Shown: positions 20,492 to 34,303, numbered from the stretch's first letter. The stretch is 64,000 nucleotides of DNA from Candidatus Omnitrophota bacterium (GCA_049642065.1 JBAROK010000099.1:85661-149660); one strand, 5' to 3'. The notes: generated by a model from the letters alone, not told the origin. Made by a program: numbers and translations.

Positions 20492-21091
20492 CTATTCGCC
20501 TTCAGACATTATGCGTATGCGTTTTATCGGCCAGTGTATGAGGAAGGCTTTACCTACAAGATTTCTGTCGGGGACGAACCCCCAATACCTCGAATCCATT
20601 GAGTTTGCGCTGTTATCGCCAAGAGCATAAAAATATCCTTCCGGGACGTTTATGACTTTATCGCTCTCTCCGTATTCTCCCCTGTTGTAATAGAATATGC
20701 CCCTTAAAGGAGTCTCTTCCACTTTTTTCCCGTTCACAAAAAGTTCGCCATCCGTTATCTGCACGGACTGGCCGCCGCTAGCGATGAACCGTTTGACCAG
20801 ATATTTTTTCTTTTCTACCGGAGACGTAAATACTACGATGTCACCGATATGGGGCTCACGCACATCCGGAAGCCTTATGTTCGTCAGCGGTATCCTGGCA
20901 CCATACAAGAATTTGTTGACGAAGATCCTGTCCCCTGGTTTCAGCGTCGGGTACATAGAGTTTGACGGTATCTTGAAAGGTTGAACAATGAACGTCCTTA
21001 TGAACAAAGCAAGTACTGCCGCTATTAGTATAGGTTTGATCCATTCTTCCCACCAGTAGAGCCATGCGTTTCGGTTAAATTGAAATTTCAT
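20492..21091 (-). CDS. lepB: signal peptidase I
   Basis: S26 motifs ([20 protein letters not shown]). Start taken at [10 protein letters not shown], whose ATG overlaps the lepA stop as ATGA (21088-21091); the longer track ORF is an N-terminal shadow. Confidence 0.85.
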   Translation of the reverse strand: MKFQFNRNAWLYWWEEWIKPILIAAVLALFIRTFIVQPFKIPSNSMYPTLKPGDRIFVNKFLYGARIPLTNIRLPDVREPHIGDIVVFTSPVEKKKYLVKRFIASGGQSVQITDGELFVNGKKVEETPLRGIFYYNRGEYGESDKVINVPEGYFYALGDNSANSMDSRYWGFVPDRNLVGKAFLIHWPIKRIRIMSEGE

Positions 21092-22887
21092 GAGATTCTC
21101 ATCGCTTTTAAGAACGCTTCTTTCGGGACGTCCACCTTCCCGATCCGGCGCATCTTCTTTTTCCCTTCCTTTTGTTTCTCCCAGAGTTTTCGTTTTCGTG
21201 TTATGTCCCCGCCGTAACATTTTCCCGTAACATGTTTCTTTAAGGCAGAGATGTTCTCTCTCGCCAGAACCTCCCCACCTACCGCTGCCTGCAGCGCTAC
21301 CTTGAAGAGATGCTTAGGGATCGTCTCCTTCAGCTTATGCACCAGCTCCATGCCCATACGCCTAGCCTTATCCTTGTGCACTATCGCCGAAAGAGCGTCA
21401 CAAGGGATAGCGTTTATGAGGATCTCAAGCTTAACGATATCCGAGCGCCTGTAACCTATAACCTCATAATCTAAAGAACCGTACCCTTGCGTGGACGATT
21501 TTATCTTATCGTAGAAATCTATTATTATCTCGGCAAGCGGAAGATTATACGTAAGCTGCACCTTTGTCGGATCCAGATACTTCGTGCTTACGAATTCGCC
21601 ACGCTTGCTTTCACATAATTTCATTAAAGCTCCCATCGAGTCAGCCGGAGCGAAAACATAACATCTCACAAAAGGTTCTTCAATATATTCGATATTCTCC
21701 TTTGGGGGATATTTCGTGGGGTTATCAACCTCTATCAACTCACCGTCAGTCAACTTCATCTTGTAATTAACGCTCGGCGATGATGCGATAAGATCAAGAT
21801 CGAATTCACGTTCGAGCCTTTCCTGGATGATCTCCATATGCAATAGCCCTAAAAATCCGCAACGAAACCCGAACCCAAGAGCTGCTGAAGTTTCAGGTTC
21901 GTATATGAAAGATGAATCCGAGAGGCGTAGTTTTTCCATAGCGCTTTTAAGATCCTCATAATCTTCGTTGCTTACAGGATAAATGCCGCTGTAAACCATG
22001 GGTTTCACCTGTTTATATCCCGACAGCGGCTCTTCCGAGGGATGCGCAACGTCAGCTATCGTGTCACCCACGACCACCTCTTTAGCTTCTTTAATATTGC
22101 AGACAATGTATCCTACCTGACCGCAATCAAGCTGATCAACAGACTGCTCGGTTGGCGTGAACACGCCGACTTCTTTTATTTCGTATTCAGTGCCCATATT
22201 CATCATCTCTATCTGCATACCACTTTTAAGGCAGCCGCTCATAACACGCACATAGATAATAACTCCCCTGTAGGTATCATATGAAGAATCAAATATAAGC
22301 GCCTGCAAAGGTGCGTCCTGTTTACCTGTCGGCGGAGGCACTCTCTTAACTATCTCTTCAAGCACTTCTTGCGTTCCCGTACCTTCCTTAGCACTTATAA
22401 GTATTATCTCATCCCCATCGACGCCAGCAATCTCTTCCATCTGGCGCGTGACTTCTTCTATCCTCGCACTTTTTAAGTCTATCTTGTTTATTATTGGGAT
22501 TATTTTCAGGTCATGCTCCATGGCAAGATACAAATTAGCGATCGTCTGGGCTTCAACGCCCTGAACCGCATCCACCACTAAAAGAGCTCCCTCACATGCG
22601 GCTATACTTTTTGAGACCTCATAGGAGAAATCTACGTGCCCCGGAGTATCTATGAGATTTAAAATGTAGGTGTTTCCGTCTTTTGCTTTGTAGATTATCC
22701 TGACCGCGCTGGACTTAATGGTTATTCCTCTTTCTCTCTCGAGGTCCATATTATCCAGGAACTGGTCACGGAATTCCCTGCCGTTGACGGTATCAGTAAG
22801 CTGTATGATCCTGTCGGCAAGAGTACTCTTGCCATGATCAATATGGGCAATTATGCAAAAATTCCTTATTCTTGAAAGGTTATCCAT
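21088..22887 (-). CDS. lepA: elongation factor 4 (LepA)
   Basis: 599 aa; G-domain AHIDHGKST and LepA-specific C-terminal domain. Confidence 0.95.
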   Translation of the reverse strand: MDNLSRIRNFCIIAHIDHGKSTLADRIIQLTDTVNGREFRDQFLDNMDLERERGITIKSSAVRIIYKAKDGNTYILNLIDTPGHVDFSYEVSKSIAACEGALLVVDAVQGVEAQTIANLYLAMEHDLKIIPIINKIDLKSARIEEVTRQMEEIAGVDGDEIILISAKEGTGTQEVLEEIVKRVPPPTGKQDAPLQALIFDSSYDTYRGVIIYVRVMSGCLKSGMQIEMMNMGTEYEIKEVGVFTPTEQSVDQLDCGQVGYIVCNIKEAKEVVVGDTIADVAHPSEEPLSGYKQVKPMVYSGIYPVSNEDYEDLKSAMEKLRLSDSSFIYEPETSAALGFGFRCGFLGLLHMEIIQERLEREFDLDLIASSPSVNYKMKLTDGELIEVDNPTKYPPKENIEYIEEPFVRCYVFAPADSMGALMKLCESKRGEFVSTKYLDPTKVQLTYNLPLAEIIIDFYDKIKSSTQGYGSLDYEVIGYRRSDIVKLEILINAIPCDALSAIVHKDKARRMGMELVHKLKETIPKHLFKVALQAAVGGEVLARENISALKKHVTGKCYGGDITRKRKLWEKQKEGKKKMRRIGKVDVPKEAFLKAMRIS

Positions 22888-22931
22888 AATACTAATTTGA
22901 GTCGCAAGACTAAATGCTGCAACTTCTTTAA

Positions 22932-24356
22932 TTACAGCAGTTTACCTGCGTATTTCTTGCCAAACTCGATGTATTCGAGTGACTTCTTTTTTGAGCTTGT
23001 TTCACTATATATTCTGAGTTTTGGTTCTGTCCCGGATAACCTTACCAGGAGCCAGCTTCCGTCTTCACAAATAAATTTCGTACCGTCAGAATCGTTGATG
23101 CTTACGACTTTCTTATCCAGCACTTTATCTAGCGGATTTTTCTTTAGGCCGCTAACAAGCTTTGCTCTTTTAGATCCGGGAAAAACCATATCGTTCCTTT
23201 CGTAAACGAAGTTCCCGTATTTCTTGTTCATCTGTTCAATTATCTTGGAAAGTTTTTTCTTCTCAGCTATAACCAGTTCCATTACCAAAAGCGCCGACAT
23301 GAAACCGTCCCTGTCCGGAATGTATCCCTTGAAAGTTATACCGCCGGTCTCTTCGCCGCCTATGAGTATATCTTTCTTTCTCATAATGTCACAGATGTAC
23401 TTAAACCCGACAGCAGTTTCATACGCTTTAAGGCCGTATTCCTCGCACATCTTGGTTATCAGACCCGTACCGCATATCGTCTGTACCACACCTCCTCTCA
23501 TCTTCCTGTTCTTAAAAAGATGTAGCAGCAGTATTGACATCAGCTTGTGCCCGGAAAGTATCTGGCCTTTTTCATCGACTACAGCCAACCTGTCGCTGTC
23601 ACCGTCGGTTGCAATACCCAGATCATATTTGCCGGTTTTCACCTTTTTCATAAGTTCCTTAAGATGGTTCTCGTTAGGTTCAGGCGCTCTTCCATGAAAC
23701 CCGGGATTGATATCTGCGTACATGAAATCCAGTTTTATTTTAGTGTTCTTCAGTATATCTTTCAAATATGTCTGCCCGGTCCCGTTCATCGAATCGACCA
23801 ATACTTTTAATTTCCCTTTCTTGAGAAGCCGCACGTTGGAATACTTCTTAATAACTCCAAGATGCACCTTGACTATATCATCAAGAATTATCTTTTTCTT
23901 TTTCACGGCTTCATCGAACGGCATTGTTTTTATCTTCGATTTGTTAAGGCGTTCCTCTATTTTATCGACGATATCGTTATTCGCAGAACCGGCGAAAAAG
24001 CCTTTGTATTTTATGCCGTTATACTGATATGGATTATGACTGGAGGTAATAATAACTCCTCCAGTAAGTTTTTTCTGATTGATGTACACGCACACTGAAG
24101 GCGTCGGGCTGGGCCTGTCGGTAAGGATAACCTTAATGCCATTAGCCGCAAGTACGCATGCCATGGTTTGGGCATATTTATCTGAAAGAAACCGGGTATC
24201 ATACCCGATAACCAGTTTCTTTTTCTTATAAATCTTTTCTTTACGCGACTTTATGAAATCTGCTACCGCCTGGCCTACTATAGCCACGTTTTCAAACGTA
24301 AAATCTTCGCTTATTACCGCTCTCCACCCATCAGTACCAAACTTGATCTTCGACAT
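22932..24356 (-). CDS. phosphoglucomutase/phosphomannomutase (alpha-D-phosphohexomutase family)
   Basis: 474 aa; catalytic serine loop TSSHNP and N-terminal FGTDGWR. Confidence 0.85.
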   Translation of the reverse strand: MSKIKFGTDGWRAVISEDFTFENVAIVGQAVADFIKSRKEKIYKKKKLVIGYDTRFLSDKYAQTMACVLAANGIKVILTDRPSPTPSVCVYINQKKLTGGVIITSSHNPYQYNGIKYKGFFAGSANNDIVDKIEERLNKSKIKTMPFDEAVKKKKIILDDIVKVHLGVIKKYSNVRLLKKGKLKVLVDSMNGTGQTYLKDILKNTKIKLDFMYADINPGFHGRAPEPNENHLKELMKKVKTGKYDLGIATDGDSDRLAVVDEKGQILSGHKLMSILLLHLFKNRKMRGGVVQTICGTGLITKMCEEYGLKAYETAVGFKYICDIMRKKDILIGGEETGGITFKGYIPDRDGFMSALLVMELVIAEKKKLSKIIEQMNKKYGNFVYERNDMVFPGSKRAKLVSGLKKNPLDKVLDKKVVSINDSDGTKFICEDGSWLLVRLSGTEPKLRIYSETSSKKKSLEYIEFGKKYAGKLL

Positions 24357-24371
24357 TAATTTCCTCCTGTT

Positions 24372-25013
24372 CTACACTCTGAGACTTCTTATTGCCTTCG
24401 CATAATCTTCGTGCTTGAATACGTAAGAACCGGCTACCAGAACATTAGCGCCTGCCTCAACGGCTCTATGTGCCGTACTCGAATTTATTCCACCGTCTAC
24501 CTCTATGTACCCATCAAAACGGTTCTTAATATGCGTTACCTTATCCATCATATCTTCCATAAAATCCTGTCCACCGAACCCGGGTTCCACCGTCATCACA
24601 AGGACCATATCCACAAGCCCAAAAAAAGGTTCGATATCACCAACATTAGTGCCCGGTTTCAGCGTTACACCCACCTGTTTACCCTTGTTCCTGATCATTT
24701 CAATAACACCGCGTGGATCTTCCGTCGCTTCAACATGAAAAGTTATGAGATCGCTGCCGGCATCTGCAAACTCGTTAATGTACTTTTCCGGTTTGTCTAT
24801 CATAAGATGCACGTCAAAGAAAAGATCCGTTACGGACCTTATTTTCTTAACTACCGGAGCGCCTATCGTCAGGTTCGGAACAAAATGGCCGTCCATTACA
24901 TCAACATGTACCCAATCAGCACCGGCCTTTTCGATCTCCCTGATCTCTTCACCCAGTCTACTGAAATCCGCCGATAATATGCTCGGCGCAATTAATATTT
25001 TCTTTTCATCCAT
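24372..25013 (-). CDS. rpe: ribulose-phosphate 3-epimerase
   Basis: 213 aa; PSILSADF...HVDVMDGHFVPN signature. Confidence 0.9.
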   Translation of the reverse strand: MDEKKILIAPSILSADFSRLGEEIREIEKAGADWVHVDVMDGHFVPNLTIGAPVVKKIRSVTDLFFDVHLMIDKPEKYINEFADAGSDLITFHVEATEDPRGVIEMIRNKGKQVGVTLKPGTNVGDIEPFFGLVDMVLVMTVEPGFGGQDFMEDMMDKVTHIKNRFDGYIEVDGGINSSTAHRAVEAGANVLVAGSYVFKHEDYAKAIRSLRV

Positions 25014-25033
25014 AATACTATTCCTTATTTAAG

Positions 25034-26113
25034 CTATGTTCCTTGTTCATGCACCATTACATATACCCTGTTTATATCATCCAGGGTCACAATACCCACT
25101 ATCACGCTTTTTCTTTCAACGGGCATCGCGCCGGTACCGTGTTTCATCATGAGTTTTCTCACCTCATGTAATCTGTCATTGACCTGAACCGTCGGTATAT
25201 CCGTTCTCATGATCTCGCCCGCCGTTATTTCTTTACCCTTTACATGCATACCGTGAAGTATTTCTTTTCTAGTAACGAACCCTTTAAGAGATCCTTCTTC
25301 TATTACCGGAAAATCTTCCTGATGAGCGTGGAACATCAGCTCCAAAAGCCTCGATAACGGCGTATCCGTATTCACATGAATAAAATCCCGTGCCAGGACA
25401 TCCCTTATCGAATATTTCTTTATGGTCTCTACCACATCCACCTGGAGCCCCTCACTTGATGCCGCCATGTATATGAATACGGCGATTATCAGAAGAAATA
25501 TGTGTCCGTAAACTATACCCAAGTAAGCGAACATAAGAGCAAATATATGCCCTAGCCGTACCGCTACGGCAGTAGCCCGTTTGAAGCCCATCCTTGAAGT
25601 TAGTATCGCACGCAGCACACGACCGCCATCCATTGGAAACGCAGGTATCATGTTAAAGACCGCCAGTACCAGGTTGATCCAGTATATGTGCGCCCATACA
25701 TTAAAACTTCCCGAATACTTGATTTGGCCCGTCAAAACCTGGAATGGATACATCAAGGTCTCTTTCCCGAGAATCAGGTAAAGAGGATAATAAAAAACCA
25801 CTACAATGATCAGATTGGATAACGGTCCCGCAAGAGATATGACCATCTCTTGATAAGGCTTTTTGGGAATTTCCTGCATCGATGCCACTCCACCTATAGG
25901 CAAAAGCGTTATCCGTTTAACTTTTATCCCGAAATGTGCTGCGGCAAGGCTGTGACAGAGCTCGTGAACAGTCACGAAAAAGAATATCCCGATTATCAAG
26001 ATAATACCTTTTCCCCCCAAAAGCAGAGCAAAAAACGCCAATAGCAGAAAGAACGTCACGTGTATGTCTATATCTATACCGAACACTCTGGCAAATCGAA
26101 TCGAGCCTCTCAT
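25034..26113 (-). CDS. site-2 protease family (M50) metalloprotease with tandem CBS domains
   Basis: HELCH zinc motif within TM helices; C-terminal CBS pair. Confidence 0.8.
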   Translation of the reverse strand: MRGSIRFARVFGIDIDIHVTFFLLLAFFALLLGGKGIILIIGIFFFVTVHELCHSLAAAHFGIKVKRITLLPIGGVASMQEIPKKPYQEMVISLAGPLSNLIIVVVFYYPLYLILGKETLMYPFQVLTGQIKYSGSFNVWAHIYWINLVLAVFNMIPAFPMDGGRVLRAILTSRMGFKRATAVAVRLGHIFALMFAYLGIVYGHIFLLIIAVFIYMAASSEGLQVDVVETIKKYSIRDVLARDFIHVNTDTPLSRLLELMFHAHQEDFPVIEEGSLKGFVTRKEILHGMHVKGKEITAGEIMRTDIPTVQVNDRLHEVRKLMMKHGTGAMPVERKSVIVGIVTLDDINRVYVMVHEQGT

Positions 26114-27381
26114 AATTTTCCCAGTTCCTTTTTCACTTTGATCTTTTCGTTATCTCTAAGTTTGCCTACCATAGCAAGATTGACGGCTTCCGGGCAAAAA
26201 ATCCTGCTGCACGCTTTTTTTATATCATCCCCCGTAACGCACTCTATCCTTTTGAGGATGTCCTTTACATCTGGAATATTGTTGTGCGTCATCAGACGAT
26301 CTCCCAGCCACACCATCCTGGTCGAAGTACCTTCCATAGCCAAAAGAAACTGGCCTTGCGCGTATTTTTTCGCTCTCTCCAGCTCTTCACTGGTTACCCC
26401 AAGATCTCTCAACTTTTTAAGTTCGTCCAAAATGGCCCTTAAGGACCTTACGGTATTGCCGGTATCCACACCAGCATGTATCTGCACTTCACCAAGATCG
26501 CTATGTCTCTTATAGGTCGAAGATATGTCATAACAGAGACCGTGTTTCTCGCGCAGCTCTTCAAAAAGACGCGATGACATGTTCCCGCCAAGTATCACGT
26601 TCATTATCTTTGTCGCGAACCTTTCGCGTATGTTGCTATCTTGCGCCCGGAACCCGATAGCTATATGCGTCTGCTGGGTGTTACCACGGCACACTTTCAT
26701 ATGCGGGCCTTTCTTTGAGGCTTGCGGGCCCTTAAATGAAAGTTTCTTTTTCTTTTTCTGGCCAGCGAACTTTTCCATAGCGTACCGGGAAACTTTCTCA
26801 GGATTAACCTTACCAGAAGCGACGACAGCGATATTGCCAGGATGATAACTGCTCTCCTTGAACCTGATAAGTTCATCTCTAGTGAACCGTTTCACGGTAG
26901 TCATGCTTCCCGTCAGGGGCCGACCCAGAGCGTTCCCGGGCCACATGATACCGCTCAAGACGTCCAGAACATGATCTGCCGGCTGGTCGCGGTACATCTT
27001 TATTTCCTCGCACACGACAAACTTTTCCCGGGCTATGTCATCTTTGTCGAATTTCGCGTTCATTACCATATCGGAAAGAACATCCACCCCCAGCTCCATA
27101 TACTGCGAAGGAACTTTTACCATATAACAAGTCACTTCATCAGAAGTAAACCCGTTAAAAGATCCCCCTACGCCTTCTATTGACTCTTTCAGGTCCTTAG
27201 TAGTACGCGTATGCGTACCCTTGAAAAGCATATGCTCAACAAGATGGCTTATGCCACTTTGGCGTTCCTGCTCATAGCGCCCGCCTATACCTATCCATAC
27301 GCCCAGTGATACCGAACTCATCTGCGGCATCGGCGAAACTACTACCCTTAGACCGTTCTTTGCCTGTGTCTTATTGTACAT
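26110..27381 (-). CDS. M16-family (pitrilysin/insulinase-like) zinc peptidase
   Basis: Inverted zinc motif HLVEH...E; 423 aa. Confidence 0.8.
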   Translation of the reverse strand: MYNKTQAKNGLRVVVSPMPQMSSVSLGVWIGIGGRYEQERQSGISHLVEHMLFKGTHTRTTKDLKESIEGVGGSFNGFTSDEVTCYMVKVPSQYMELGVDVLSDMVMNAKFDKDDIAREKFVVCEEIKMYRDQPADHVLDVLSGIMWPGNALGRPLTGSMTTVKRFTRDELIRFKESSYHPGNIAVVASGKVNPEKVSRYAMEKFAGQKKKKKLSFKGPQASKKGPHMKVCRGNTQQTHIAIGFRAQDSNIRERFATKIMNVILGGNMSSRLFEELREKHGLCYDISSTYKRHSDLGEVQIHAGVDTGNTVRSLRAILDELKKLRDLGVTSEELERAKKYAQGQFLLAMEGTSTRMVWLGDRLMTHNNIPDVKDILKRIECVTGDDIKKACSRIFCPEAVNLAMVGKLRDNEKIKVKKELGKL

Positions 27382-27386
27382 ACACC

Positions 27387-27797
27387 CTACTTCCTGCTGT
27401 CCAGATACGACTGCAGTATTATCTGCGCCGCAAGTTTATCAATTGCTTTTTTCCGTTTACTTCGCGTAACGTCAGCCTCGAGCATAACCGATTCCGCTTC
27501 CTTAGTGCTCAAACGTTCGTCCCACAACTTTACCGGTAGATGCGTCCGTTCCTTAAGCATCTCAGCGAACCGTTCGCTGTCAGCGGCACGTTCACCCATA
27601 GTCCCGTCCATATTTATGGGGAGCCCAACAACTATCTCCTCAACGCTGAAATCCTTAAGTATCTCTTCTATCCGTTCTATAGCCTCTTTATCTGTCGTCC
27701 TCCGGACGACTTCCCTGCCCTGCGCCAACGTACCGCTTTCGTCGCTTACGGCTACGCCTATATTCTTCGTCCCAAGATCCAGTCCCATTATCCGCAT
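27387..27797 (-). CDS. ruvX: YqgF/RuvX putative pre-16S rRNA nuclease (Holliday junction resolvase-like)
   Basis: 136 aa; GLDLGTKNIGVAVSD N-terminus. Confidence 0.85.
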   Translation of the reverse strand: MRIMGLDLGTKNIGVAVSDESGTLAQGREVVRRTTDKEAIERIEEILKDFSVEEIVVGLPINMDGTMGERAADSERFAEMLKERTHLPVKLWDERLSTKEAESVMLEADVTRSKRKKAIDKLAAQIILQSYLDSRK

Positions 27798-27803
27798 GAT
27801 CAG

Positions 27804-28607
27804 CTAACCCCCATGAACCGCTTTGGAAATGGACCTGGCGAATCTCTCTATATTTGATACCATCTTTTTCTTATTGGCCAGATTCTTCTCAAGAACCTTT
27901 ATGATAGCGCTTCCCACTATCACGCCGTCAGCTGCTTTTGCGATATCTTTTGCCTGGGACGCATTAGATATACCGAACCCGACGCATACAGGTTTGGTTG
28001 TCATCTTCTTAAGTTTTCTAATATCGGTTTTTAGTTTCTTCGAAAGCTCTTTTCTGACACCTGTTACTCCCGTAAGAGACACATAATAAATGAACCCCCT
28101 GGAACGAGCAGCTATTTTTTTGAACCTGTCGGGCGGCGTAGTAGGCGCAGCTAAGAGTATTACGCTGAAATCCTCCTTATCCGCCACTTTCGTCAGTTCT
28201 CCCGACTCTTCCATAGGAAGGTCCGGAACGATCACACCATCCGCGCCGCACGCTTTGGCATCTTTTATAAAATTCGGAATACCGTAATTGAACACTATGT
28301 TGTAATACGTCATGAAGACCAGAGGTGTATCTATTTCACGTCTCAGCTGTTTGACCATAGCTAGCACTTTTTTGACCGTGCAACCCGCTTTAAGCGACCT
28401 CTGGGTAGCTTTCTGGATGGTCGGCCCATCAGCCAAAGGATCCGAAAAAGGTATACCCAGCTCTATAAGGTCCGCACCTGCTTTTGCCAGAGAGAGGACT
28501 ATTTTTTCTGTAGTCTTCATATCCGGATCACCCGCAGCAACATAGGCTATAAACGCTTTTTTCTTATCTTTCTTCAACCTCTTGAACGTCTGATCGATTC
28601 TATTCAT
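27804..28607 (-). CDS. trpA: tryptophan synthase alpha chain
   Basis: 267 aa; GADLIELGIPFSDPLADGP motif. Confidence 0.9.
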   Translation of the reverse strand: MNRIDQTFKRLKKDKKKAFIAYVAAGDPDMKTTEKIVLSLAKAGADLIELGIPFSDPLADGPTIQKATQRSLKAGCTVKKVLAMVKQLRREIDTPLVFMTYYNIVFNYGIPNFIKDAKACGADGVIVPDLPMEESGELTKVADKEDFSVILLAAPTTPPDRFKKIAARSRGFIYYVSLTGVTGVRKELSKKLKTDIRKLKKMTTKPVCVGFGISNASQAKDIAKAADGVIVGSAIIKVLEKNLANKKKMVSNIERFARSISKAVHGG

Positions 28608-28617
28608 TTTTTTGCCT

Positions 28618-29817
28618 TTACGTTACATATAGATATTCCTTCAGGATATCTATATCCTTATCGCCCCTGCCCGAAAGACAAACCACGATAAGATCATTCT
28701 TCTTCGTTTTCTTGATGAGTTTGGGTAAGTAAGCTATCGCATGAGCGCTTTCAAGCGCTGGGATTATACCTTCAACTTCTGAAAGAAGTTTTGTGGCTTC
28801 AAGCGCCTCTTTATCCGTAGCGTACACGTACTCAGCCCTTTTTATCACCTTGTAATAAGAGTGCTCCGGCCCTACACCCGGATAATCAAGACCCGCTGAT
28901 ACCGAATGCGCTAAATGCACCTGACCGTCACTATCCTCCAAGAGAAAACTCTTGCTGCCGTGAAGTACACCTACCCTTCCCTTAAGAAGCGCAGCTCCAT
29001 GCTTGCCAGTATTTATCCCCAATCCGGCAGCTTCCACTCCTACGAACTTGATCTTCTTTTCTTTGAAAAAAGTGTGGAACAATCCCATAGCGTTACTTCC
29101 TCCGCCTACACAAGCCAATAGATGCGTAGGAAGCCTACCTTCGGTTTTCATGATCTGTGCGCGGACTTCTTTACCTATGACGCTCTGAAAATCCCTTACC
29201 ATCATAGGATACGGATGCGGACCGGCAACCGACCCTATGATATAAAAAGTGTTACGCACGTTAGTGACCCAATCCCTGATCGCTTCGTTCATAGCATCCT
29301 TTAGTGTGCAGGATCCGCTTTCAACGGGTATAACGTTCGCCCCCAGCATCTTCATGCGAAAGACGTTCAGGCTCTGCCTGTGTATATCTTCAGTACCCAT
29401 ATACACGTCGCATTTAAGCCCAAAAAGCGCCGCTACCGTCGCAGTAGCCACCCCATGCTGTCCCGCACCAGTCTCTGCAATCACCCGCTCTTTACCCATC
29501 TCAACAGCCAAAAGAGCCTGTCCGATGGTATTATTGATCTTATGAGCTCCTGTGTGCAGAAGATCCTCACGTTTTAAGTATATTTTTGCACCACCGAATT
29601 TTTTAGTAAGTTTTTCCGCGAAATATAGCGGCGTAGGCCGACCGGCATAGTCATCCAGATAATGCTTCAGGCGCTTCTTGAAAGCAGCAGTTTTCGCTAT
29701 CTTTTTATACGCATCGGTAAGTTCCCTAACAGCCGGCATCAGGGTCTCAGGCACATACTCGCCTCCAAAGATACCGAAATATCCTTTAGCGTCTGGCAAT
29801 TTAGACTTTTTTCGCAT
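28618..29817 (-). CDS. trpB: tryptophan synthase beta chain
   Basis: PLP lysine motif HTGAHKINN; 399 aa. Confidence 0.95.
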   Translation of the reverse strand: MRKKSKLPDAKGYFGIFGGEYVPETLMPAVRELTDAYKKIAKTAAFKKRLKHYLDDYAGRPTPLYFAEKLTKKFGGAKIYLKREDLLHTGAHKINNTIGQALLAVEMGKERVIAETGAGQHGVATATVAALFGLKCDVYMGTEDIHRQSLNVFRMKMLGANVIPVESGSCTLKDAMNEAIRDWVTNVRNTFYIIGSVAGPHPYPMMVRDFQSVIGKEVRAQIMKTEGRLPTHLLACVGGGSNAMGLFHTFFKEKKIKFVGVEAAGLGINTGKHGAALLKGRVGVLHGSKSFLLEDSDGQVHLAHSVSAGLDYPGVGPEHSYYKVIKRAEYVYATDKEALEATKLLSEVEGIIPALESAHAIAYLPKLIKKTKKNDLIVVCLSGRGDKDIDILKEYLYVT

Positions 29818-30451
29818 TTTCGATGAACTCCTTCAATAATTTATCGTCTTTCTTCCCGGGGCTTTCCTCTACTCCGCTTGAAACATCCACCCCGTAAGGC
29901 TTGACCGTCCGTACGGCTTCGGCAACGTTATCCGGAGCGAGCCCTCCGGCAACAAAAGAACGCCCGCGTATATCATCATTTAAACCCGAGAGAGCATCCC
30001 AATCGAACTGTACACCAGTCCCTCCCGCTACTAGAGGATGATATGTGTCAAAAACAAAATAATCCGCATCAGCGTAATCGCTTATCCTATGCGAACCGTG
30101 CGACAGTATATCCCCATCCACTTTGAACGCTTTTATGATCTTTACTCCCGTAACCGCTTTCAACTCACGGCAATAACCGGGCAGTTCCCCGCCATGGAGC
30201 TGCACATGATCAAGATTACAGGAAGAAACAACCTCCCTTACTTTAACAATATCTTCGTCCTTAAAAAGACCGACCATACCTACATGATCGAACCTCTCCT
30301 TTAATTTCTGTATGATATCACTCGCTTCAAAGGGATCTATACATCTCGGGGTGCCCTTAACAAAGATAAACCCGAGAAAATCGGCACCGTATTCACAAGC
30401 CTTATCAGCATCTTCAAAGCTCGTTATCCCACAGATCTTTACCTTGACCAA
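29801..30451 (-). CDS. trpF: phosphoribosylanthranilate isomerase
   Basis: 216 aa; KICGIT motif. Confidence 0.85.
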   Translation of the reverse strand: MVKVKICGITSFEDADKACEYGADFLGFIFVKGTPRCIDPFEASDIIQKLKERFDHVGMVGLFKDEDIVKVREVVSSCNLDHVQLHGGELPGYCRELKAVTGVKIIKAFKVDGDILSHGSHRISDYADADYFVFDTYHPLVAGGTGVQFDWDALSGLNDDIRGRSFVAGGLAPDNVAEAVRTVKPYGVDVSSGVEESPGKKDDKLLKEFIENAKKV

Positions 30452-30460
30452 GAAAACTCC

Positions 30461-31252
30461 TTACTCTCTTATCAGTTCCCTTACTTTTTCGCCAATATTA
30501 TCAGATTTCATGAACGTCTCACCGATCAAGACGGAATTGACTCCAAGGCTCTTAAGGAACATGACCTGTTCATAGGTCTCAATACCGCTTTCAGAAACTA
30601 TTACTTTCGTATCAGGGATAAGCCGTATGAGCCTCTGCGTAGTTGAAATATCAACGTGAAAGTTCGTGAGATCACGGTTATTTATGCCTATTATCGCCGC
30701 ATTACTGTTAAGAGATTTTTCCACGTCCTCTTCGTTATGTACCTCTACAAGAGCCTCCATGCCGAGCTCCTTGGTCAGGTTCAGATACCTGGTAAGCTCT
30801 TCCTGAGTAAGTATCTGTGCGATCAGAAGTATCGCATCTGCCCCGTTAACAAGGGTTTCGTATATTTGGTACTCATCTATGATGAAATCTTTACGAAGAA
30901 CGGGTATTGTAACTCTTTCTTTGACCTGTTTAAGGTATTCAAGTTTCCCGTCAAAGAAGCGCTCGTCTGTCAGGACACTTATCGCACTTGCCCCGGAAGC
31001 CTGGTAAGCAAGCGCTATCCTGGTCGGATTGAAATCAACCCGGATAACACCCCTTGAAGGGGACGACTTCTTTATTTCCGCTATGAGGTTAACATGCCCT
31101 CTTCTTGAGATGTTCTTCTTGAACGCGCTCTTTATGTATATGTTTGACGCTTTTCCCTTAAGATCGTTCAAGGAAATTTGCTTCTGCGCCCTGTCTATCT
31201 CGCGTCTTTTCTCTTCTATAATCTTTGAAAGTATCATCCTTAATGTCCTCAA
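30461..31252 (-). CDS. trpC: indole-3-glycerol phosphate synthase
   Basis: 263 aa; IAEIKKSSPSRG motif. Confidence 0.9.
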   Translation of the reverse strand: MRTLRMILSKIIEEKRREIDRAQKQISLNDLKGKASNIYIKSAFKKNISRRGHVNLIAEIKKSSPSRGVIRVDFNPTRIALAYQASGASAISVLTDERFFDGKLEYLKQVKERVTIPVLRKDFIIDEYQIYETLVNGADAILLIAQILTQEELTRYLNLTKELGMEALVEVHNEEDVEKSLNSNAAIIGINNRDLTNFHVDISTTQRLIRLIPDTKVIVSESGIETYEQVMFLKSLGVNSVLIGETFMKSDNIGEKVRELIRE

Positions 31253-32268
31253 TTTGTCATCTTGATAAGTTTCTTCAAACTCTCCATCGCCTTACCCGAA
31301 TCTATCGATTCGGCTGCTAAGCGAACACCTTCTTTAAAACTTTTTACCTTCCCGGCCGCCATCAAAGCGACACTGGAGTTCATTAAAACTATGTTCCGCC
31401 TGGCACCTTTCTTGCCGGAAAGCACGTCCTTCACCATTTTCGCGTTATCTCTCGCTGTACCCCCTTTTATGCTCGTAAGCGAAACGCGTTTAAAACCGAA
31501 AGTTGCCGGGCTCACGTAATAAGACTTTGTCTTTCCGGATCTCAATTCGCTGACCTTTGTCTTACCCGTTATCGTGACCTCGTCCAATCCGTCTTTACCG
31601 TGCACTACAAAAGCGCGTTTTGCGCCCAGTTTTTTCAGAACACGTATCAACGTATCCGTTAATTTTTCGTCATACACGCCAAGTACCTGGCAATTAGCCG
31701 AAGCCGGATTGGATAAAGGTCCCAGGATATTGAAAATGGTCCGTATTCCTATTTCTCTGCGCGGCGTTATAGCGTATTTCATGGCACCGTGATAAAGAGG
31801 CGCGAATAGAAACCCGATGTTTATCTTATTCATACATTTTTCCGTTACCTTGGCCGATACGTTCAGTTTTACGCCCAGTTTTTCTAGCACGTCGGCACTA
31901 CCGCACTTGGAGGAAGCGGACCTGTTACCGTGCTTAGCCACTTTCACTCCGCATCCGGCAAGAACAAAAGCTACCGTAGTAGATATGTTGAACGTATGCT
32001 TGCCGCTTCCGCCTGTTCCGCATGTATCAAGCACCGTCCCGGTCACTTTTACCTTAAGCGCCTTTTCCCGCATGACCTTTGCCGCACCAGTTATCTCTTC
32101 TACCGTCTCGCCTTTCATTCTAAGCGCCGTTATGAACGAACCTATCTGTGCGGGCGTAACCTTACCGCTCATAATATCGCCAAAGACCGACCGCATCTCT
32201 TTCTCTGAAAGGTCTTTATGATCAATGACTTTTTGAATGGCCTTTTTTATGTCCATGCTATCCCTCAT
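31249..32268 (-). CDS. trpD: anthranilate phosphoribosyltransferase
   Basis: [15 protein letters not shown] motif. Start placed at the Met whose ATG overlaps the trpG stop as ATGA (32265-32268); the longer track ORF is a shadow extension. Confidence 0.9.
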   Translation of the reverse strand: MRDSMDIKKAIQKVIDHKDLSEKEMRSVFGDIMSGKVTPAQIGSFITALRMKGETVEEITGAAKVMREKALKVKVTGTVLDTCGTGGSGKHTFNISTTVAFVLAGCGVKVAKHGNRSASSKCGSADVLEKLGVKLNVSAKVTEKCMNKINIGFLFAPLYHGAMKYAITPRREIGIRTIFNILGPLSNPASANCQVLGVYDEKLTDTLIRVLKKLGAKRAFVVHGKDGLDEVTITGKTKVSELRSGKTKSYYVSPATFGFKRVSLTSIKGGTARDNAKMVKDVLSGKKGARRNIVLMNSSVALMAAGKVKSFKEGVRLAAESIDSGKAMESLKKLIKMTN

Positions 32269-32828
32269 ATTTCGATAAAGTTCTTTAATATATTCATTCC
32301 TTCGACAGTTAATATTGATTCCGGATGGAACTGAACACCCCATATCGGCATATCTTTATGGGCAACTGCCATTATTTCTTTTTCTTCGGTCCAAGCGATT
32401 AGCTTAAGAGGATCCTTCAATGTCGCCGGGTCCACAATGAGCGAATGGTATCTCGTAGCGATAAAAGGAGACGGTATCCCCTTAAAAATACCTTCACCCT
32501 GGTGATAGACCTCACTCACTTTACCGTGCATGATACGGTCACCCCGGACTATATCTGAACCGTAAACGTCGCCTATACACTGATGCCCAAGACATACGCC
32601 CAGAATCGGAACTTTTCCTTCAAACCGGCGTATAACATCCTTTGAAATACCCGCGTCATCCGGATTGCCCGGTCCAGGTGAAATGATTATTCTTTCCGGT
32701 TTCAGTTTTTCTATTTCTTCCGGCGTTATTTTATCGTTACGATACACGAGAACCTCTTCACCCAGTTCTCCAAGATACTGGACAAGGTTATACGTGAACG
32801 AATCGTAGTTATCAATAACAAATATCAT
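32265..32828 (-). CDS. trpG: anthranilate synthase component II (glutamine amidotransferase)
   Basis: 187 aa; GVCLGHQ catalytic Cys motif. Confidence 0.85.
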   Translation of the reverse strand: MIFVIDNYDSFTYNLVQYLGELGEEVLVYRNDKITPEEIEKLKPERIIISPGPGNPDDAGISKDVIRRFEGKVPILGVCLGHQCIGDVYGSDIVRGDRIMHGKVSEVYHQGEGIFKGIPSPFIATRYHSLIVDPATLKDPLKLIAWTEEKEIMAVAHKDMPIWGVQFHPESILTVEGMNILKNFIEI

Positions 32829-34303
32829 TCCAACCCGCCTTCGGCAAACTCAATAGCTTTGATCATGGCCCTGGCTTTATTTTTTGTCTCTTTGTATTCA
32901 AGCTTCGGGTCCGAATCCAGGACTATACCAGCACCCGCCTGGACGTATGCGGTAGTATCCGTCATGACAATGGTCCTTATGGTTATACACATGTCGATGT
33001 TACCCGAAAAACTTATATACCCGACACAACCGGCATACGGGCCTCTCCTGGTCTTCTCAAGCTGGTCGATAAGCTCCATAGCCCTTACCTTTGGAGCCCC
33101 CGTTACCGTGCCTGCGGGAAAAGTTGCGCGTATCAGGCTGTATATATCTTCCTCTTTCCTGAGCTGACCCACAACATCACTCACTATATGCATAACATGC
33201 GAATATCTTTCTATACGCATCAGCTCCCTGGGTTTTACCGTGGAATATTCGCATACCCTGCCGATATCGTTACGTCCCAAGTCCACAAGCATTATATGTT
33301 CAGCCCGTTCCTTAGGATCCGCCAACAGTTCTGTCTCCATACGCGCATCTTCTTCGTCATCCTCGCCGCGTTTACGCGTACCTGCTATAGGCCGCACTTC
33401 CACAACACCTTCTTCACATCTTACGAGTATCTCGGGAGAAGAACCGATGATCCTGTAGCCGCCAAACTTAAGATAGAACATATATGGGGACGGGTTTATT
33501 GACCTGAGCGCCCGGTATATCGTAAAAGGATCAGCTTCTGTCTTTCTGCTGAACCTCTGGGAAAGCACAAGCTGGATAACCTCCCCGGCTCTTATATATT
33601 CTTTGGTCTTTTCAACCGCTTCATGGAATTCATCTTCGGTAAAATTGGATTCCGTTTCGTTGTTTGACTTTTTCACAGGAACATCTTCCGGCTCCGACAT
33701 GTCCCTCTTAAGCTTTTCCATTATCTTGTCTATCTTAGCGCAGGCTTTGTCATACGCATCAGCCGGATCGTTTTTCTCGACCAGCGAATTCGAAACGATC
33801 TTTATCTTATGGTCCACATGGTCAAATATAAGAATGGTATCGGTAAGGACCAGCTGCATATCCGGTATATCGAAATCCTCAGGATTCTCATCGGGTATCC
33901 GTTCAATGAACCGGACCATATCGTATCCCATATAACCCACCAACCCACCGCAGAACCTGGGCAGGCCTTTGACGTCCACGAACTTGAACTTACCCATAAA
34001 ATCCCTTATCTCGTTTATGGGGTCTTCCTTGGCGATACGTTTTTCTACTTTTTCACCTCTTGTAAAAGTAACCTCATTACCTTTACTCTCTATAGCAAGA
34101 GACGGTTCGCTCCCCAAGAAAGAATACCTGGCCATATGAGCGCCACCTTCAACGGACTCCAGCAGATATGCGAACTTACTGTCATCTATCTTCTGGAACG
34201 CCGAAAGCGGCGTATCAAAATCAGCCAGAACTTCCCTATAAACAGGAATAACGTTACCCTTTTTTGAAAGCTCTATGAATTCTTCTTTAGTCGGATAATA
34301 CAT
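32825..34303 (-). CDS. trpE: anthranilate synthase component I
   Basis: 492 aa; chorismate-binding domain. ATG overlaps the hisI stop (TAATG at 34301-34305). Confidence 0.9.
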   Translation of the reverse strand: MYYPTKEEFIELSKKGNVIPVYREVLADFDTPLSAFQKIDDSKFAYLLESVEGGAHMARYSFLGSEPSLAIESKGNEVTFTRGEKVEKRIAKEDPINEIRDFMGKFKFVDVKGLPRFCGGLVGYMGYDMVRFIERIPDENPEDFDIPDMQLVLTDTILIFDHVDHKIKIVSNSLVEKNDPADAYDKACAKIDKIMEKLKRDMSEPEDVPVKKSNNETESNFTEDEFHEAVEKTKEYIRAGEVIQLVLSQRFSRKTEADPFTIYRALRSINPSPYMFYLKFGGYRIIGSSPEILVRCEEGVVEVRPIAGTRKRGEDDEEDARMETELLADPKERAEHIMLVDLGRNDIGRVCEYSTVKPRELMRIERYSHVMHIVSDVVGQLRKEEDIYSLIRATFPAGTVTGAPKVRAMELIDQLEKTRRGPYAGCVGYISFSGNIDMCITIRTIVMTDTTAYVQAGAGIVLDSDPKLEYKETKNKARAMIKAIEFAEGGLE